Origin: an uncultured Ignavibacteria bacterium
Lineage (GTDB): Bacteria; Bacteroidota; Ignavibacteria; Kapaibacteriales; Kapaibacteriaceae
Assembly (NCBI GenBank): GCA_937870915.1
Contig: CALMZQ010000027.1
Coordinates: 1,289-65,288, forward strand
DNA length: 64,000 bases
Direction of reading: 5' to 3'
Below, piece after piece: positions 15,798-25,900 of the stretch. Both the position numbers and the translations under genes were made by a program. The notes under the pieces are model-generated. The model ran no database searches. It worked only from the letters and a program-made list of their open reading frames with translations, and was not told the DNA's origin. Positions within the stretch are counted from its first letter, which is position 1. Every line of letters starts with the position of its first letter.

Positions 15798-17144
15798 TTA
15801 ATCCATGATCTTCCGCAAGAACGCTGGCTGGTTTCCACCGGCTCCGGCAGCCTTACGAATAGGAGATGGATAGCCCCCTGTTGCTTCATTTGCGCTTGGT
15901 TGGACAATTGGAACACTACCGGATGAGGGTGGTTCTTCGCGTGGCATACCGGCTGTGCTGCGTTGTTCCAACTCGCGCTGTTTGCGGATGTAGGCCGGGA
16001 CGTTCACATCGTTCATATCAACGTCTTGCGATGTTGAAGGGGCGAGTGGTGATGGTTGAGTTGTTGCTGCCGGACGATACGAGTCTGGTGCTGCTTCTGG
16101 CTCGGGTGCCGGACGGACAATCTCGATAACGGGAGCATAGGATGTGGTTGACGTTGCTGTAGGCACGGACTTCTTTTCGTCTTGACGTCGGAAGCCGGTA
16201 GCAACAACGGTGATGGAGATCTCATCTTCCATACTCTCGTCAACAACAACACCGTGAATGAGGTTGACCTCATCGCCGGCGGCCTTTTCGATTGCAGAAA
16301 CGGCTTCACTCACTTCAAACATGGTCATGTTCGAACTGCCGGTGATATTCACAAGAAGACCTTGTGCACCATAGATCGACATGCCTTCGAGGATCGGGGA
16401 GTTCAACGCATTCTGAGCTGCTTCAATGGCACGGTGCTCGCCCGTTGCCATACCAATACCCATGAGTGCATCACCCATACCGCTCATCACGGTACGAACG
16501 TCTGCAAAGTCCACATTCACATATCCAACACCAGAAATGATGTCGGCAATTCCCTTCGTTGCATTATAGAGGACCGTGTCCACCATTGCAAGTGCATTGG
16601 CGAAGGTCACATCCTTGTCTACAACAGTAAGAATGCGTTGGTTAGGGATCACGATGAGTGCATCAACGTGCTCTCGGAGATCCTTAATGCCATTTTCGGC
16701 AATGGACATCCGACGCTTGGATTCATAGGCAAAGGGCTTTGTAACAATGCCCACAACCAGTGCTCCAAGCTCACGGCCAACACGTGCGATCACCGGTGCT
16801 GCTCCGGTTCCCGTACCGCCGCCCATACCAGCCGTCACAAAGATCATATCGCTTCCTTGGAGCGCATCGTAGACGTCATCGATGCTCTCCTCCACAGAAG
16901 CTCTCCCCTTACTAGGATCTGCCCCTGCTCCAAGGCCGCGCGTAGCGTCCTTTCCGAGCTGAAGTTTGATCCCCGCAGGGTTATTCATGAGTGCCTGGCG
17001 ATCTGTATTCGCCGCGACAAATTCAACGCCGTCGAGTCCGCGTGCGATCATAGTTCGCACTGCGTTTCCGCCGCCGCCGCCAACGCCAACAACGCGAATT
17101 CTCGCGTCTGACGTAAAAGATGATGTATCCAACTCGATGGCCAT
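15798..17144 (-). CDS. ftsZ: Cell division protein FtsZ
   Basis: Tubulin signature [13 protein letters not shown], a full FtsZ core, and a Pro/Ser-rich linker ending in the conserved C-terminal peptide. Confidence 0.95.
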   Translation of the reverse strand: MAIELDTSSFTSDARIRVVGVGGGGGNAVRTMIARGLDGVEFVAANTDRQALMNNPAGIKLQLGKDATRGLGAGADPSKGRASVEESIDDVYDALQGSDMIFVTAGMGGGTGTGAAPVIARVGRELGALVVGIVTKPFAYESKRRMSIAENGIKDLREHVDALIVIPNQRILTVVDKDVTFANALAMVDTVLYNATKGIADIISGVGYVNVDFADVRTVMSGMGDALMGIGMATGEHRAIEAAQNALNSPILEGMSIYGAQGLLVNITGSSNMTMFEVSEAVSAIEKAAGDEVNLIHGVVVDESMEDEISITVVATGFRRQDEKKSVPTATSTTSYAPVIEIVRPAPEPEAAPDSYRPAATTQPSPLAPSTSQDVDMNDVNVPAYIRKQRELEQRSTAGMPREEPPSSGSVPIVQPSANEATGGYPSPIRKAAGAGGNQPAFLRKIMD

Positions 17145-17184
17145 GATTCCCCCCGGAATGTGGTCGCGTTGCAGGAAAAAGTGT

Positions 17185-18486
17185 TTACAGGTTTTCGAAC
17201 CAATCTTTCACATTCTGCAGGAGCCCCTTTTTGTTTGAAGGGGGCTCTACAGTTGCGGCAGGCTGGTGTAGAGTGGTTGGAGCTGCAGCAGGTGCACTGT
17301 TGATAACGGGGCTACTGTGCTGCTCCTCGAATTCGTCTTCATGTTCGATGCTGTACAAAGCAAGGCCAACGGCTGTTGCATGTGCAGGCGTGGTTACTTC
17401 TCGTGCAAGACCTTCGTGACTGAAGCCACGGGGAAGTCCCTTGTTCACGGGAAGTCTGAATGTGCGTTGCGCAAGCATGTCTGCACCGCGGAGGTCGGAA
17501 CACCCGCCTGTGATGACTATGCCTGCTGCGAGATTATTGGCAAGCCCGGAATCGTGGATACGTTGCAACACAAATTCAAAGATCTCTTCCATGCGAGGTT
17601 CGATCACCTGACATAGAATGGTCTTTGAGAGTTCTGTTGGTCTGCGACCACCAACTCCTGGTACTTGAAAGTGTTCGTCACGTAGGATGCTGTCGGAAAT
17701 TGCGTGACCATGATCGACCTTGATCTGCTCTGCATCGTTGTTGCGAATGCCGAGCACGGTTACTATGTCATCTGTAACGCGCTGACCTGCCAGACCGATC
17801 ACATTCACTGATCGAAGGACATTGTCTTTATAAATCGCGAGGTCTGTTGTGCCGCCACCGATATCCACGATAGCAACACCAACTTCGCGTTCTGCATCAT
17901 CGAGAACTGCAAGTGCACTTGCCATGGATTGTAAAACAACAGCGTCAACATGTAGTCCTGCACGATTGGCACACTTGTACACGTTCTCTACTGCTGCGGC
18001 AGATGCCGTTATGACGAGTGCGTTCGCTTCCAGCCTACGTCCGCTCATGCCAAGAGGATCGGATATCCCATCCTGGCCGTCGATGATGTAGTCTTGCGCG
18101 ATAACGTGCAGAATGCGTCGGTCGGGCGTTACGTTCACCTGTGCGAGTTCATCATGAAGTCTTCGCACATCGTCTTCAGAGATTTCTGAAGTACGAGTAG
18201 TGACAATGCCCCGTGTTTCAAACGTTGAAATGTGTTCACCACTTACGCCGATCACAACGCGTGCGAGTTTATAACCGCTCTGTTGTTCTGCTCGGTCGAT
18301 AGCGATCTTGATTGCGTCGGCCGTTTTGTTGATGTTGGTCACAACACCACGCTTGAGTCCGTCGCATTCTGCCAACCCGGCACCGAGGACCTCAACCACC
18401 TTTCGAACAGGGTCAAAGGCTGTAACAACCGCACAGACCTTTGTCGTGCCGATGTCGAGTCCAACATGGATCTCCGGAGTACTCAT
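17185..18486 (-). CDS. ftsA: Cell division protein FtsA
   Basis: Actin-fold ATPase motifs (VGLDIGTTKV, DIGGGTTD). Position between ftsQ and ftsZ. Confidence 0.9.
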   Translation of the reverse strand: MSTPEIHVGLDIGTTKVCAVVTAFDPVRKVVEVLGAGLAECDGLKRGVVTNINKTADAIKIAIDRAEQQSGYKLARVVIGVSGEHISTFETRGIVTTRTSEISEDDVRRLHDELAQVNVTPDRRILHVIAQDYIIDGQDGISDPLGMSGRRLEANALVITASAAAVENVYKCANRAGLHVDAVVLQSMASALAVLDDAEREVGVAIVDIGGGTTDLAIYKDNVLRSVNVIGLAGQRVTDDIVTVLGIRNNDAEQIKVDHGHAISDSILRDEHFQVPGVGGRRPTELSKTILCQVIEPRMEEIFEFVLQRIHDSGLANNLAAGIVITGGCSDLRGADMLAQRTFRLPVNKGLPRGFSHEGLAREVTTPAHATAVGLALYSIEHEDEFEEQHSSPVINSAPAAAPTTLHQPAATVEPPSNKKGLLQNVKDWFENL

Positions 18487-19268
18487 GCTGCACGCTCCAC
18501 AATGTGCGGAGCTACGTGATACCGAAGTACGACTTGATTACGCCAACGAAGGTCGACCTCGGAAACCGAAGCCATGTTGAGCCGTTGTGAGGTTTCATGC
18601 CAAAACACATTCATGTCGGCAAAGGCCTGCGTAGCTCGCGAGGCATCCATCACGCCAAGACGCCACCGTGTTTCGTCAGTAACAATTTCAACCGTATGCA
18701 ACTTGCGATCATAGCGCACTTCAGAGATTTCTTGGTAGAGCATCGGATGCAACGTGCGCGACCCCGCGATGAGGACCGATACGATGTGTTGAACATCGGC
18801 AGAAGAAATCTCCGAGCCATCTGTTGTTTGCAACACCGGAACGTTATGCGCCGTGCGCTCTACGGCGTTCGGTAGCACAACACCAAAGGCGTCAACGTAG
18901 CGTAGCGATCCGTCTGAATGCACGATGTGCGCAACAGGCAGACGCTCGTCTACCTCAACCGTCATCTCCCGAACGCCCGTGAAATACACCGATGCGCTAC
19001 GCACATAGGGAATGCATTCAACACAGGTTCGCACGTCTGCTAGTGTTAACGTCTTCAGATGTTTTGCCTTGAGTGTGTCAACTGCACGTTGAACTGCGAT
19101 CCTGCTTAGCCCCGTTGCACCAATCACGTTGATGTTCGAAACAAGCTGCCGGTCGTGCCACTGCGTTGCCATAAAACCAAGGAAGACTACGCCCAGTAGG
19201 GTGATGACGAGCCCCGACGACCTACGGCCACCGCTTTGCTTCGTTTCATCACGTCCCTTCTTCGCCAC
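18483..19268 (-). CDS. ftsQ: Cell division protein FtsQ (POTRA domain)
   Basis: Single N-terminal TM helix, POTRA-like region, and synteny with ftsA/ftsZ. The start codon is GTG. Confidence 0.7.
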   Translation of the reverse strand: MAKKGRDETKQSGGRRSSGLVITLLGVVFLGFMATQWHDRQLVSNINVIGATGLSRIAVQRAVDTLKAKHLKTLTLADVRTCVECIPYVRSASVYFTGVREMTVEVDERLPVAHIVHSDGSLRYVDAFGVVLPNAVERTAHNVPVLQTTDGSEISSADVQHIVSVLIAGSRTLHPMLYQEISEVRYDRKLHTVEIVTDETRWRLGVMDASRATQAFADMNVFWHETSQRLNMASVSEVDLRWRNQVVLRYHVAPHIVERAA

Positions 19269-19282
19269 GTTCTCTCTCCCGA

Positions 19283-19487
19283 TGTGGATAACCCACTTGG
19301 GTTATGCACATGTGTGGTTAACTGCCCTATCGCCCATCGATTCCGAGGCTTCTTTTACCCCGTCTCACCCCGCGATATCCCTGCGCTCTACAAGGGGTTA
19401 CGACCTCCGCAAATGTACTGCGCGCACGCAGAAGAAGCAATAGCTGGGGGTAGGAAAAAAGAGGGCGTTGTTGACAGGTTATCCACA
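19283..19487. promoter_or_regulatory. Cluster of four DnaA boxes
   Basis: TGTGGATAA 19283-19291 (perfect), TTATGCACA 19302-19310 (1 mismatch), TGTGGTTAA 19313-19321 (1 mismatch), TTATCCACA 19479-19487 (perfect). Confidence 0.55.
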
Positions 19488-19509
19488 CCTAGTGGAGAAC
19501 CTCCTGGCC

Positions 19510-20301
19510 CTAGCTTAAAGCCTTGGTCCGTCCACCATCCACAAGGATGCTTGTGCCGGTGATATACGAAGCTGCCGGAGATGCCAAGAAGCCCACAGCA
19601 TTTGCTATCTCTTCTGGCTGACCAAACCGTCCAACCGGGATCTCGGCTATCATCGCCGCACGAACAGCATCCTCTGATCTGCCCTTGTTGGTGGCGTTGC
19701 GCGTGATGATACTGGTGAGTCTATCAGTCTCGGTGGCACCGGGCAACACGTTGTTCACCGTGATCCCCTTCGGCCCCAATTCATTGGCCATGGTCTTTGA
19801 CCAACTCGCCATCGCACCCCGAATGGTATTGCTCACACCCAGCCCGTCAATGGGCATCTTCACAGATGTGGATATGATGTTGATTACACGACCGTATCCG
19901 GAAGCCGCCATACCAACAGCAAGAATTTTAGTGAGTTGATGTGCTACAAGTACATGATTTTCAAAGGCTTGCCTTAGACTTTCCACAGCACTATCCACAA
20001 GGGGTCCTCCCGCAGGTCCAGCGGTGTTATTCACAAGAATGTGGATAGGGCCGTGTTCATCCACATGGTTATGCACATGTGTTAACAGTGCAACTTCATC
20101 AGCCATGTCAACCGCAATTGCATGATGAGTCTGTCCACCATGAACACTCAAGGAGGCCACTGCCTCTTGGAGCGTTTCCGGATTTCGGGCGAGAAGAGTT
20201 ACTGATGCACCATTACGAGCAAGTTCTTGCGCTGCAGCCCGTCCAATGCCTTGTGATGCACCGCAGACAAGGGCACGTTTTCCAGTCAGGGAGAGATCCA
20301 T
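19510..20301 (-). CDS. Short-chain dehydrogenase/reductase (FabG-like)
   Basis: [17 protein letters not shown] cofactor motif and SDR core. ATG 20301 chosen over the longer ORF. Confidence 0.8.
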   Translation of the reverse strand: MDLSLTGKRALVCGASQGIGRAAAQELARNGASVTLLARNPETLQEAVASLSVHGGQTHHAIAVDMADEVALLTHVHNHVDEHGPIHILVNNTAGPAGGPLVDSAVESLRQAFENHVLVAHQLTKILAVGMAASGYGRVINIISTSVKMPIDGLGVSNTIRGAMASWSKTMANELGPKGITVNNVLPGATETDRLTSIITRNATNKGRSEDAVRAAMIAEIPVGRFGQPEEIANAVGFLASPAASYITGTSILVDGGRTKALS

Positions 20302-20394
20302 TTCGGTCCTTTCAAGTGTCGAGATTCGGGAGGGGGCAGAGTGGTTTCGTACTTTCGTGTACTGCGAAACTACCACGTGGACAAGGACCCTACC

Positions 20395-20916
20395 ATGGCA
20401 ATCCGCCCAGCATTTAGCCTACAGACATGGATCGAGGAACACAGACACCTGCTCAAGCCCCCTGTTGGCAATGCAAAGGTGTACGAGGACACGGAATTCA
20501 TCGTGATGATCGTTGGAGGGCCAAATGCCCGGAAGGACTATCATTATAATGAGGGTGAAGAGTTCTTCTACCAGATCGAGGGTGATGTTACGGTGAAGAT
20601 CATCGATGATGGTGAGCCCCGTGATATTCATATCAAACAGGGCGACATTTTTCTTCTGCCTCCTCGCACGCCACACTCACCGCAACGTCCGGCCAATACT
20701 GTTGGGTTGGTTATTGAACGGAAGCGTGAGGCTGTGGAACTCGATGCCTTTATGTGGTTCTGCGAATCGTGTGGAACCAAGCTCTATGAGGAATTCCTTC
20801 CGCTCACAGACATCGTTACGCAGTTACCGCCGATCTTTGAACGCTTCTGGGGAGATCTTGACCATCGCACATGTAAGAAGTGTGGCACCGTCATCCAGCC
20901 CCCTGCTAAGGTCTAA
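20395..20916 (+). CDS. 3-hydroxyanthranilate 3,4-dioxygenase
   Basis: Cupin core ([29 protein letters not shown]) plus a C-terminal CxxC...CxxC rubredoxin-like site. Confidence 0.85.
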   Translation: MAIRPAFSLQTWIEEHRHLLKPPVGNAKVYEDTEFIVMIVGGPNARKDYHYNEGEEFFYQIEGDVTVKIIDDGEPRDIHIKQGDIFLLPPRTPHSPQRPANTVGLVIERKREAVELDAFMWFCESCGTKLYEEFLPLTDIVTQLPPIFERFWGDLDHRTCKKCGTVIQPPAKV

Positions 20917-20918
20917 GT

Positions 20919-21974
20919 ATGTTGAAAGTTGACTGTCACGCCCATATCCTTCCAGAACGTTGGCCGTCCTTGAAGGACCGATATGGATACGGTGGGTTCA
21001 TCGTTCTCGATCACTATGCTCCGGGTAAGGCTCGCATGATGCGAGATGACGGAACATTCTTCCGTGATGTGGACCAAAACTGCTGGGATCCCACCGCCAT
21101 CCTTGCGGATATGGACGCAAACAACGTGGATGCCATGGTGCTCTGTACGGTACCTGTGCTGTTTTCATATTGGGCCAAACCACAGGATGCGTTGGACTGG
21201 ACGCGGTTCCTCAACGATCATCTTGCCGGCGTAGTAGCCGACCATCCGAGGAGGTTCATAGGTCTTGGTACTCTCCCGATGCAAGACATAGACCTAGCCA
21301 TCCTCGAAATGCGTCGATGTGTGAACGAACTAGGCTTTCGAGGCTTTGAGATCGGCACCAACATTAACGGCATGAACCTGGATGACAGATCACTCTTCCC
21401 CTTCTGGAAAGCAGCTCAGGAGTTGGGGGCCGGGATCTTTGTTCACCCATGGGAAATGATGGGTGCAGACCGAACGGACAGATACTTCCAGCAGTGGCTC
21501 GTTGGGATGCCTGCAGAAACCACGCTATCGGTTACCTCCATGATCTTTGGCGGTGTATTCGATGCATTTCCCGATCTGCGAGTGATGTTCTCACATGCAG
21601 GGGGCTCCTTCCCGTTTACACTGGGACGGATCTCCCATGGGTATTATGCTCGCCCTGACCTGTGTAATGTGAACAATGTGCAAGACCCAAAGGACTATGT
21701 GGGCCGTTTTTGGGTGGACTCCATAACCCACAACGCGGATGCATTACGGTTTTTACTCTCCCTTATTGGGCCAGAAAAGATCGCGTACGGTACGGATTAT
21801 CCGTTTCCTTTGGGAGATCTCGAACACGGGAAATTTATCCAGGATATGACGGATATCTCACCCTTGATCAAGGACCAGCTCTTTGCCGGAACTGTTTTGG
21901 ACTTCCTCGGGTTACAAGCAAAAGACTACGAACCATGGCCTAGTTCGATGGATCCGGGAGTGGTTGTGGAATAA
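20919..21974 (+). CDS. 2-amino-3-carboxymuconate-6-semialdehyde decarboxylase-like amidohydrolase
   Basis: N-terminal DCHAHILP metal motif, amidohydrolase_2 pattern, adjacency to the dioxygenase gene. Confidence 0.78.
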   Translation: MLKVDCHAHILPERWPSLKDRYGYGGFIVLDHYAPGKARMMRDDGTFFRDVDQNCWDPTAILADMDANNVDAMVLCTVPVLFSYWAKPQDALDWTRFLNDHLAGVVADHPRRFIGLGTLPMQDIDLAILEMRRCVNELGFRGFEIGTNINGMNLDDRSLFPFWKAAQELGAGIFVHPWEMMGADRTDRYFQQWLVGMPAETTLSVTSMIFGGVFDAFPDLRVMFSHAGGSFPFTLGRISHGYYARPDLCNVNNVQDPKDYVGRFWVDSITHNADALRFLLSLIGPEKIAYGTDYPFPLGDLEHGKFIQDMTDISPLIKDQLFAGTVLDFLGLQAKDYEPWPSSMDPGVVVE

Positions 21975-21979
21975 ACGGC

Positions 21980-22009
21980 TTTGCAGATTCGGAAGCTTCC
22001 GTAGATTTG
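21980..22009 (+). promoter_or_regulatory. Bacteroidetes-type promoter TTTG-N18-TAGATTTG upstream of the tRNA
   Basis: TTTG at 21980-21983, TAGATTTG at 22002-22009. The tRNA 5' end is 11 nt downstream. Confidence 0.5.
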
Positions 22010-22019
22010 TCGCCGCCAC

Positions 22020-22101
22020 GGAGGGCTCGCATAATGGTATTGCAGCTGTCTTGAAAACAGCCGGGTTTGCGCCTGTGGGGGTTCGAGTCCCTCGCCCTCC
22101 G
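22020..22101 (+). tRNA. tRNA-Ser (anticodon UGA), class II with long variable arm
   Basis: Hand fold: 7-bp acceptor GGAGGGC/GCCCTCC, 3-bp D stem, anticodon stem GCTGT/ACAGC with loop CTTGAAA, 15-nt variable arm, T arm GGGGG-TTCGAGT-CCCTC, discriminator G. CCA is not encoded. Confidence 0.85.
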
Positions 22102-22131
22102 CTTTTACATTCCTCATTGGAGCATCACCAC

Positions 22132-22890
22132 ATGATCCGTTCAGTCCTCTTCGCGCTTGCCGCGGTCTTCGTATTGTCAGCATGCAGCGATGATCCGGTG
22201 ACACCGTCCGACACAAGTAGCTACGTTGTGTCCACTAAGGGTTCGTATTTCGTCCATGATAACATCACTGTAGAAATCACCGCGGCCGGTGTGACTACGG
22301 ATGTTCCTTCGCCGAGCGACAGTACAGTTGTTAATGGTTCGGTTACGCATGAAGGCAGAACCGCCATTGAGTCGATCGTTTTTGTTAACGGTGCTGCATC
22401 AGATTCTATCTACATGACACAAACCGGGTCAACGGTAGCAACTGCATTTCCACTACAGTTCACCGTCCTTGGCCTTCCGGCAGATTTTGGTGTGAAGTGG
22501 GTGAATATCTTCGATGCAAATGCAGCTACTTGGACCGCCCTGAACGACTCGATCCCTTCGTTCACCATTGGCAGTGGTGAGCAAGCGTATACAGGAACAG
22601 CTAAGCTCTTGTTCACGGGCAAACAAACCGGCACAGAGACGATCACTGTTGATGGCAAGTCGGTTACGGCTAAGAAGTCCGAGATCACGATGAACATCAC
22701 GCTCTACCTCAACTTCGGCACTGCCATCATCCCTGTTCCGATCGTACTTACGCAGCGCTACACATTCGCACCAAATGTTGGCATCGTGCGGGCTGAGCAA
22801 GTAGCCACCGTGATAACCATCGAAGGAGTTCCACCCCTAACAATTCCAGGGTTCAAAACTTCATTGGTCCGCTACTCAGTCGCGAACTAA
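22132..22890 (+). CDS. Lipoprotein, unknown function
   Basis: Lipobox LSAC after the signal peptide MIRSVLFALAAVFV. The longer ORF-track start at 21883 would read through the tRNA. Confidence 0.6.
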   Translation: MIRSVLFALAAVFVLSACSDDPVTPSDTSSYVVSTKGSYFVHDNITVEITAAGVTTDVPSPSDSTVVNGSVTHEGRTAIESIVFVNGAASDSIYMTQTGSTVATAFPLQFTVLGLPADFGVKWVNIFDANAATWTALNDSIPSFTIGSGEQAYTGTAKLLFTGKQTGTETITVDGKSVTAKKSEITMNITLYLNFGTAIIPVPIVLTQRYTFAPNVGIVRAEQVATVITIEGVPPLTIPGFKTSLVRYSVAN

Positions 22891-22913
22891 TCTTCAAGCA
22901 AAATCTCTGAACG

Positions 22914-22947
22914 AAAAAAGGCTCGCAGGAAACTGCGAGCCTTTTTT
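22914..22947. terminator. Bidirectional intrinsic terminator
   Basis: A6-GGCTCGCAG-GAAA-CTGCGAGCC-T6 between convergent genes. Confidence 0.8.
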
Positions 22948-22968
22948 GTTTGCGGTGGTACGAAATGA

Positions 22969-25900
22969 TCAGTCAATATTCACAGTTGCAAGATCAACAA
23001 CTCTAGCGGAACCTCCGTTGAGTCTGATAGTTGTGCTTTCTCTGCGTTCGTTCGGCCTACCGTAGTTTCGATACACGGCAACCTGCACGGTGGTTGGACC
23101 AGATAGGCGTTGTTGACGGTCTCCGTAATAGTTCGCCTGAACTTTAAATGTCCCTTTCGGAGCCTTCCGGATCATATACTCTTCAGGACCATATCCGCCA
23201 GTTAGGTCGCGTGACAGCCTTCCACCCGAAGCGGTGAAGCGATTTCCGAAATAACATTTCACGGCGGATGGATCGGTCACCCAGAGATCGATGTCACAGT
23301 TATCAGAATCCCAGTCCATAACTACGCGAACATCTGCGGCAACGGAGTACAGAAGTGCTGCCGGGATCTTGGAAACGTCCACATCCTTTGGGTGAAGTCC
23401 AATGATGTGATTCATCTCATTGAGCGCGATGAGTTCGACCTCTGGGAATCGTCCATCCCACGTGCGCGTGGCCATCACATAGAGCATATCTACCGCTTGT
23501 TGATGTTTTCCGGATGCATCCAAGGCAAGCGCTAGGTCGCGGTATGACTGTGGTTCTTCATCACGAATGTCGCGCACATCCGTGAACACATCAACAGCGT
23601 AGTCAGCCTTCCCAAGTTGGAGCAGCCTCCGAGCAAGGATCCGCAACATCTGATGGTTCTCGCCTTCAAGCTCTGCAAGGTTTGAAAGAACACGCAGTGA
23701 CAACTTGTGGAGCCCCTTATCTCGGAGTGCATCTGATACATCGAGGTAGAAGCCAACATTCCGACCATAGTCCGCACGATGCCCAAGGTACCAGGAATAC
23801 ACAGAGTCCTTGGAGCATGATTGAAGAGCAGTTGTCCAGACATCACGTGAGACCAAGCCGGGCTTCTTATCCTTCGTTACTACATCAGCCTGAACACGGG
23901 CCACGTCCACATTGCGGATATCAGCTTGAACTTCAATCAATGTTCCGTGAACAGCTTCCAAAGGTTGAGCTGCATTCGGCGCAAGCATAGCTGTTCCGAC
24001 GGAACCATCCCCTGAGTTCCCAAGCCCTCCGGTGAATTGGTCAGAAACCACAAGTCCTTCTACCAAGACCTGGTTTTCAGTTTTGCGTGAACCACGGACT
24101 ACGAAGTTGTTATCAGATGCACGGATACCGGCATTTAGAGACAAGGCAGATGCAGTGTTGTTGCGAGCCACCTTCGTCAAGTCCGATCCCTTAACAGTGC
24201 GAGTTGTTGTCCCAACGTCCTTACTGCGAATCATCTCTGGGTCAGCTTCAACGGCGAGCAATCGCATTCGTACTCCCCCAGGTGTAACTGTGAAGTTTAC
24301 ATCATGCGTTTGGTCGGCAGCGAGATCGACATCCTGATTGACAGTATCATAGCCGACAGCTGTTGCCCTGACCGAGTGCCTACCGGGAGCGATGTTCGTC
24401 ACGAAAAACATACCATTCATTTTGCTAATTCCTCCCTTCGTGGTACCCAATACGCGGATCGTTGCTCCGGGGACGGGCAGTCCGCCTGTGTCTTTGACAA
24501 TACCCTTTATCGCTCCCAAACCGGCCATAGGGGCTGCTGTTTGGACCTGAGGTATTGCGGGAGTAACACTGACAATAGTATCCCGACTGCGTTGCTCCGG
24601 AAGTGGCTTTATGTACCACGCTTTCCAACTGCTCACAAGTGATGCAAGATAGGCTTGGCGTGCTTCGGCAGATTGAACCGTGATGGCTGGTTTATTCTTC
24701 TTCTGCTCGGTCCACTGCGCAAGCAGCTCCGGTTCTGTTGCAGGGGGCTCAATATCATACTGTACGTAGTCGTTGAGGGTCTCGAGTACGAGGAGTGACG
24801 TTCCCGGTGTAACGATACCAAAACGCATACCGAGCTTAGTGATATCCTGTGCACGGGCTCTGCGATCGCCGGCCATGGTCTTGAGTTCCTGCTGCGCCCA
24901 CTGACGGGCAGCGGTGAGACCATCTGCTTTGTGTTCTGCTGAATTCACTGAGATGGTCTTCTTCTCAACGATAACGCCGTTGAGTGAGTATACGAGCTCA
25001 AGATCAGCCGTGGGTGATTGCAACGTGCCTACGATGGTGTTACATAAACGAGCTTCCACCATGCCTTGGGGATAGATGGACGTCATCGAGCCACTAACAA
25101 CTTTCACTGACTCCAGCATGAGTCGAGTTGTAAACACAGAACGCAACGCGTCATTGATAGACGTCACACGCAGGTCGTATACTTCGCCACCGGTGCTTTC
25201 GCACAATACTCGAAGGAGGTCAATGTCGGCAAATGTATTGGCAACAAGCCCAATTACAGGGATGGTCCCAATGTTCGGCCGATGCCCTCCAAACGTACTC
25301 ACACCATCGGAGACCAAGAAGATCAGGTCAGAACGGAGGGTAGAAAAATTCACTGCTCCAAGCTGTGTTGCACCGTCATAGGTCATGGTTGACAACGTCT
25401 TTCGCAGATCTGCCCACTTCCCATCGCGTACAACAAATCGTTGATCGCTGATGACTTCGTGTGCAAAGACATGGAGCTGAACGTCAACATTGTTGTTCTT
25501 CTTGAAGTAGGCATCAAAGAACTGCAGTTCCTTCTCGTGATCACGCCGTGCACCGGAGAGCGAAGCATCCCAAGCTATTGCGATCTTCCTTGGTAGGGGG
25601 CGTTCTGTGGATGTTTCAGAAGATCGTGGAGAAGCAACAACAATCGATGCATATGTATCGCCCCTGTGTTCATTCACTGTTACAACGTGAGCAGCAGGCA
25701 CAACGGGCACGTCGATCACAAAGGGTTGGTCGATCACGAAGTTTGTTCGTGCAACGGATGAGGTGAATGATCGCCCCCTATTAGAGAAGGAAATGCTATC
25801 GGTACTGTTGCCTGACAATTGAGGTTTTGCTCCAAAGGCGGCTACAGTCACATCCCATGTGAAGGACGTTACCGTGTCATCTACGGCAATCGGCAAGGTG

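Noticed and set aside
16182-17111. 309-aa ORF antisense to ftsZ
   Set aside because: It lies entirely inside ftsZ on the other strand, has a low-complexity His/Cys/Asn-rich translation, and shows no independent signals.
19269-19509. Calling this spacer the chromosomal origin oriC
   Set aside because: DnaA boxes are present, but I see no AT-rich unwinding element or repeated 13-mers, and dnaA/dnaN are not nearby. It is kept as a regulatory-site finding instead.
22020-22101. Possibility that the long-arm tRNA is tRNA-Sec
   Set aside because: The anticodon loop CTTGAAA gives anticodon UGA, which reads UCA (Ser), not UCA as required for Sec. The acceptor stem is 7 bp, not 8.
21883-22131. N-terminal extension of the lipoprotein ORF
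   Set aside because: It would be translated across the tRNA-Ser gene and its promoter. ATG 22132 gives a proper lipoprotein signal peptide.
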